From Bythopirellula sp. (lineage in GTDB: Bacteria > Planctomycetota > Planctomycetia > Pirellulales > Lacipirellulaceae), in NCBI GenBank assembly GCA_965216565.1, contig OZ244170.1, positions 4,608,001 to 4,672,000 of the forward strand: a stretch of 64,000 nucleotides of DNA, in the 5' to 3' direction. The position numbers were made by a program, and so were the translations under genes. The notes below the pieces were generated by a model, which was not told the DNA's origin, ran no database searches, and worked only from the letters and a program-made list of their open reading frames with translations. Each line of letters opens with the position of its first letter. Position 1 is the stretch's first letter. Below are positions 59,286 to 64,000 of this stretch, piece by piece.

Positions 59286-60671
59286 ATGGCGAAGCTAACT
59301 TTTTATGGTGCGGCAAGAACAGTTACCGGCTCGAAGTATCTGCTGGAAGCTGGCGATGCCCGCGTGCTCATCGACTGTGGGATGTTTCAGGGCGTCAAGA
59401 AGCTGAGGGAGAAGAACTGGGAGCCCACGCCGTTCGACGCCAAGAACCTCGATGCAGTAGTGCTCACCCACGCCCACCTCGACCATACAGGTTTTCTACC
59501 ACGGGTGGTGAAGGAAGGTTTCAATCGCAAAGTCTATTGCAGTGAGGCCACCGGCGAACTTGCTGAGATCATCCTGTTCGATTCGGCGAAAATTCAAGAG
59601 TACGACGCTTACTACGCCAACAAGAAGGGCTTCAGCAAGCACAAGCCAGCTCTGCCTCTGTACGATGGACGAGATGTGGAGCAGACCATCAAGCTATTCC
59701 AAACCACAAAGCGAGGAAAATGGTTTTCTCCCGCTGAGCCAATCTGGATGCGTTTCCACGACGCGGGCCATTTGCTGGGTTCTAACCTGATTGAAGTGGA
59801 AATTCGCGACCAGGACCCGCCAATTCGTATTGTGTTTTCTGGAGACGTGGGGCGCTACGACGGACCGCTCTATCACGACCCAGCACCTCCACCGAATTGC
59901 GACTACCTAATTTGCGAAAGCACCTACGGTAATCGAGAGCATTCCGACGTGGATCTGATAAAGTCTCTGGCGGAAGTGGTCCAACGTTCTGTGTCCCGCG
60001 GTGGTGTGATGCTGATTGCATCCTTTGCGATTGGACGTGCTCAGCAACTCATCTATCTATTGCAGTTGCTCAAGAAGCAGGACAAGATTCCCGACCTGCC
60101 GATCTACCTCGATAGCCCCATGTCTTGTAATGCGACCAAGATCTACAAGGAGCATCGCGAGGATCATGATTTGAGCGAGGGCGAGCTGGATGACGACCGA
60201 CCGGTACTCGCAGGGCCGAGTGTACACTTAGTACGCAAGACGGATGAATCCAAAGCCCTCAATCATTTGAAAGGCCCTGCCATCATTATTTCCAGCAGTG
60301 GCATGATGACCGGTGGTAGAATTGTTCATCATCTCAAGCAGAGGCTGCCAGGCAAGGAAAACACAGTTGTGCTTGGCGGTTACATGGCTGTGGGAACAAG
60401 AGGTCGTCGCTTGCAGGAAGGGAACGATACGATCCGCATGCACGGCATGGAGATCCCCGTCATCGCAGCAATCGAAAGTATTCCGGGACTGAGTGGTCAC
60501 GCCGATCGCAGCGGTCTATTGCGCTGGTCTGGCGACTTGGACGCCCCTAAGAAGACGTTCCTGACTCATGGCGAGGTAGATAGCGCTGAAGCTCTTGCTG
60601 AAGAGCTGACTTCTGCTCGAGGATGGGAAACGGTCATTCCTGCTATTGGCGATTCGCACGAGCTAGTTTAG
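59286..60671 (+). CDS. MBL-fold beta-CASP ribonuclease-like protein
   Basis: GAARTVTGS, LTHAHLDHTG, AGHLLGS, ESTYG, SGHAD, HGE. Confidence 0.92.
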   Translation: MAKLTFYGAARTVTGSKYLLEAGDARVLIDCGMFQGVKKLREKNWEPTPFDAKNLDAVVLTHAHLDHTGFLPRVVKEGFNRKVYCSEATGELAEIILFDSAKIQEYDAYYANKKGFSKHKPALPLYDGRDVEQTIKLFQTTKRGKWFSPAEPIWMRFHDAGHLLGSNLIEVEIRDQDPPIRIVFSGDVGRYDGPLYHDPAPPPNCDYLICESTYGNREHSDVDLIKSLAEVVQRSVSRGGVMLIASFAIGRAQQLIYLLQLLKKQDKIPDLPIYLDSPMSCNATKIYKEHREDHDLSEGELDDDRPVLAGPSVHLVRKTDESKALNHLKGPAIIISSSGMMTGGRIVHHLKQRLPGKENTVVLGGYMAVGTRGRRLQEGNDTIRMHGMEIPVIAAIESIPGLSGHADRSGLLRWSGDLDAPKKTFLTHGEVDSAEALAEELTSARGWETVIPAIGDSHELV

Positions 60672-60742
60672 CAATATCCATTCGCCCACGAAACGAGAAC
60701 TAAACGACAATCTGAATTTCAAAAAATCAATTTGCAAGAACT

Positions 60743-61621
60743 ATGACAAAACCAATAAATAAAGAACTAATTATGGATCTCCCCCCGGACGTGGAAAAAA
60801 ACCGAAAAGCGATCCTCGAATCGGGTAGCTACCTGTTGGCCGAACTCGATATCGAATTTATCGGCCGTGGAGAGCAGCGCCCCGTTCGAATGCAACTCGA
60901 GCTCCAAAAAGTGGAAGCTTTGTTACGGGAGAACAATATCAACAGCACTGTGGTGGTGTTCGGCGGTACGCAGGTCGTGCCCGAAGCTGTCGCTGAAGCA
61001 CGGTTAGCCCAAGCCAATCGGCACTTAGAACAGGACCCCAAAAATCCTCGTTTCGAGCGAAATGTGGAGCGTGCCGCAAGTGTGTTAGCCAAGTCGCACT
61101 TCTACGAGGAGGCGCGTGAATTTGGGGCTCTAGTTTCCAAGACCTGCCAGACGGATGGCCAGTGTGATTTTGTAGTTGCCACCGGAGGCGGTCCTGGAAT
61201 TATGGAAGCTGCCAATCGTGGAGCCTACGAAGCAGGGGCAAAGAGTATCGGCTTCAACATTGAACTCCCGCACGAGCAGGAGCCAAATCCCTACATCACC
61301 CCCGAACTTTGCTTCCAGTTCAGCTATTTTGCATTAAGGAAGTTTCATTTCATTCTGCGTGCAGCAGCGCTGGTCGTATTTCCTGGCGGATTCGGGACCT
61401 TAGACGAACTGTTTAATACGCTTACACTTCGCCAAACGGGACGCATGCAAGATCTGCCGATCATCCTTTACGGACGTGAATATTGGGAAGGCATAATCAA
61501 CTTCAAGCAGATTGCCGACGAGGGTGTGATTGCGGACGAGCATCTCGATTTGATCTACTTTGCTGAATCGCCGACCGAGGCGTGGGGGATTATCTCAGAG
61601 TTTCACCATCAGGCTAAGTAA
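60743..61621 (+). CDS. LOG family (TIGR00730) protein
   Basis: TGGGPGIMEAANRGA, FPGGFGTLDELF. Confidence 0.92.
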   Translation: MTKPINKELIMDLPPDVEKNRKAILESGSYLLAELDIEFIGRGEQRPVRMQLELQKVEALLRENNINSTVVVFGGTQVVPEAVAEARLAQANRHLEQDPKNPRFERNVERAASVLAKSHFYEEAREFGALVSKTCQTDGQCDFVVATGGGPGIMEAANRGAYEAGAKSIGFNIELPHEQEPNPYITPELCFQFSYFALRKFHFILRAAALVVFPGGFGTLDELFNTLTLRQTGRMQDLPIILYGREYWEGIINFKQIADEGVIADEHLDLIYFAESPTEAWGIISEFHHQAK

Positions 61622-61963
61622 CCAACCGCATGCGCGGGCTGGCTTCACCCTGCCAGAGGTAAGCAATCCTCGAAATGTCGCCCTGGCAAAAAGTTTTTCG
61701 CCTCCTCCAGGCAGTCCTAAGGGGCTGCCTCAGGCGAGCTTTGGCGAACTGTATTGGACAGATTAGCCCTTGCTAGGAAGGGTTTAAGCATTCGCCTATT
61801 GTTGAGACTTGGCGCCGTTCGCGGAGCGACATGGGCACACAGTAGATTCCCTCGCTTGCGTACCGCTAGCTAACACCCATAATTTGGGCAGCCCGTAATA
61901 AATTGGTATGGGCCGCGTGCAATAGGCACCTTCTTACACCTTCCCTCCCTCGGTTATTCAATT

Positions 61964-63151
61964 ATGTCTTGCTTTCTGCGATTTGTACCTTTCCGTTCGT
62001 TAACACTGGCAGTCCTGGCGCTCGCCTGGATCTTGAGTCCAGCTTCCTCTGCAATTGCCCAAGAAGCGGCGGTTGAGTCCGATGTCGCCGAGGAGACCCA
62101 GTCGGCAGCCGAGGCTTTCCCCATTCCAGATGATCTGAAGACCGCCGATGAATACTTTGAGTTCATCGAGCAAGTCTCCGCAGACAGCGAAGTGGATGAC
62201 GATAGCCCGGAGGCTCGCAAAAAGCTGGAAAATAAAATGGCCGAAACCGTGCTCGACGTTGTGGACCGAGTGCTAAAACTAGAGCTCACCGAGGACGAAG
62301 CTGCCCAAGCTTTTTACTTCCGACTGCAAGCGGCTCGAGTACTGGAACAGAATAGAGCACCCGGCGGCAGTGATAAGATGCAACAAGCCATCGAAGCAGC
62401 CCGCAAATATCCAGATTCCAATGTGCAAGCCGTCGGAATCAAGTTTTTTATCGAAGGCAACTTTCAGCGTTGGCCAACACTTAAGAAGTCTGAAAAAGAA
62501 GCGATGTTGGAGGAAGTCAAAGAGTTCTTAGTCGATGGCGATCCCGATCCCTACCGCGTCAACACACTGCTCACCATCTTAAGCGTCTTGCAGCAAGTCC
62601 AAGACGAAGCTCTAGCCAAACCCCTGCTTGCCGCACTCGTGCCTCGTTTCGAGGAAAGCGACAACGAGCGTATTCGTCAAATGGCTGAAAAGCTCGGTGG
62701 AACACTGCGACGGTTGAAGCTTCCCGGCAGTGAAATGGAACTGTCTGGCAAATTGCTCAATGGCGAAGAACTCGACTGGGAATCGTACCGTGGCAAAGTT
62801 GTATTGGTGGACTTTTGGGCCACTTGGTGCGGTCCGTGTCGGCAGGAAGTCCCTAATGTACTGCGTCTGTACCAGCAGTACCACGACCAAGGTTTCGAGG
62901 TTGTGGGGGTAAGTCTCGATTCTGAAAAAGAGCAGGCCGAAAGTTACATCGAGCAGTACGACCTGCCTTGGCCTAATATCTTCAGCCCCAATGAAGACGA
63001 GCGTGCTTGGGACGCACCCATGGCTGTCCATTATGGCGTTATGGGCATTCCGCTTGCCATTCTGATCGATACCGACGGAAAAGTTGTCAGCCTTGAAGCT
63101 CGGGGTGAGAATCTCGCTAAGCTGCTGAAAGAGATGCTCGGCAAGCCTTAG
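61964..63151 (+). CDS. Exported TlpA-family thiol-disulfide oxidoreductase
   Basis: Signal peptide; GKVVLVDFWATWCGPC. Confidence 0.92.
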   Translation: MSCFLRFVPFRSLTLAVLALAWILSPASSAIAQEAAVESDVAEETQSAAEAFPIPDDLKTADEYFEFIEQVSADSEVDDDSPEARKKLENKMAETVLDVVDRVLKLELTEDEAAQAFYFRLQAARVLEQNRAPGGSDKMQQAIEAARKYPDSNVQAVGIKFFIEGNFQRWPTLKKSEKEAMLEEVKEFLVDGDPDPYRVNTLLTILSVLQQVQDEALAKPLLAALVPRFEESDNERIRQMAEKLGGTLRRLKLPGSEMELSGKLLNGEELDWESYRGKVVLVDFWATWCGPCRQEVPNVLRLYQQYHDQGFEVVGVSLDSEKEQAESYIEQYDLPWPNIFSPNEDERAWDAPMAVHYGVMGIPLAILIDTDGKVVSLEARGENLAKLLKEMLGKP

Positions 63152-63197
63152 CTTTGTCTTGACAGAGATAAGCGGGTGCCGTCACACTGCATCCGCT

Positions 63198-64000
63198 ATG
63201 GCCGACAACGCATCGCCTTCTCCATCCTCTAGTCCCGTCGAACCGGTTGAGCTTGCCGGTACGCTTGCCGAACCGTGGTCGGCGGGCAAGTTGCTGCGGA
63301 TGCTGACGCTCTTTGGCCCGGCCGCGATTGTGGCTTCGGTAGCGATCGGGGCGGGAGAAACTATTGTCGTCGTGCGGGCTGGCTCCTGGTGCGCCTACGA
63401 CTTGCTGTGGGTTGTGCTGCTTAGCGCGATCGTCAAAGGCGTATTCGTCACCTATTTGATGGGCCGATACACGGCGATCTGTGGCGAACCTCTCTGCCAA
63501 CGGCTCTGCCTGGTTCCTGGTCCCCGCGGTTGGTTGCTGCTGACTCTGATTATCTTGGAACTTGCGGCGGCGGGGCCGCTGTGGTCGGCGGTTGCTCGTC
63601 CCTGCGGGGATTTACTCACCCACCTCATACAGACTTCTGGCATCGTCACGCCGGGGCCTGGTACGGATAAATGGGTCACGACACTATTCATCGGTCTGGC
63701 TTTGTTTGTGAGCCTATTCCTGGACTACGACAAGCTGGAGAAACAGCAAGTTGTCATCTGCGGAGTGCTGATTCTCGGCACGATAATAGGGACGCTGATG
63801 GTCAAACCCGACTTGTGGTCGATCGTTGTAGGTAGTCTAAGTTTCGGAAAAGTCCCAGAATTTCCAGCGTGGACACCGCCCCAGTATCGCAGCGATCAAA
63901 CATTGGCACTGGCCACGCTGTTTGGCTATGTCGGTGGGAGCGTGCTCACTTATGTAGTGTACGCCGATTGGATTTCGCTGCATCGCTGGGGAATGACTGG
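63198..64000 (+). CDS. Nramp-like divalent metal transporter (3' end outside the window; absent from the ORF track)
   Basis: ATG at 63198 reads ...LFGPAAIVASVAIGAGETIVVVRAGSWCAYDLLWVVLLSAIVKG... Confidence 0.8.
   Translation, partial: MADNASPSPSSSPVEPVELAGTLAEPWSAGKLLRMLTLFGPAAIVASVAIGAGETIVVVRAGSWCAYDLLWVVLLSAIVKGVFVTYLMGRYTAICGEPLCQRLCLVPGPRGWLLLTLIILELAAAGPLWSAVARPCGDLLTHLIQTSGIVTPGPGTDKWVTTLFIGLALFVSLFLDYDKLEKQQVVICGVLILGTIIGTLMVKPDLWSIVVGSLSFGKVPEFPAWTPPQYRSDQTLALATLFGYVGGSVLTYVVYADWISLHRWGMT

Overview
The window looks like a Planctomycete chromosome; this is inferred from gene content (DUF1207, CCPDxYCPKP Cys-rich proteins, a thioredoxin-trypsin fusion, planctomycete-style integrases). 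Bases 1 to about 37,220 are the right part of a mosaic integrative mobilizable or conjugative island. It holds a MobF (TrwC-type) relaxase-helicase, a type IV coupling protein, a backbone block (two DUF6573-like genes, a nucleotidyltransferase, DUF932, two small putative ssDNA-binding proteins), two TetR-linked RND efflux modules sharing one operator, a repeat-flanked yceI/marR cassette, a decayed serine recombinase and two related tyrosine-integrase/excisionase modules. One module is a pseudogene beside a tRNA-Arg(CCG) 5' half; the other is intact and lies between a complete tRNA-Gly(CCC) and a tRNA-Gly 3' remnant (putative attR). The most striking feature is an apparently non-coding, hairpin-dense region of about 780 nt on the minus strand (about 9,970-10,755). 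It has GNRA and UUCG tetraloops, strand-specific G-U pairs and a tRNA-like T-arm, which makes it a candidate large ornate ncRNA (GOLLD/ROOL size class or a new class). It sits directly upstream of a coupled pair of uncharacterised genes. From about 37.3 kb on, the window is ordinary core chromosome: TadE/vWA genes, scpA, metG, hisI, inositol monophosphatase, ClpP-like, UbiD-family, beta-CASP, LOG, TlpA and a partial Nramp-like gene.
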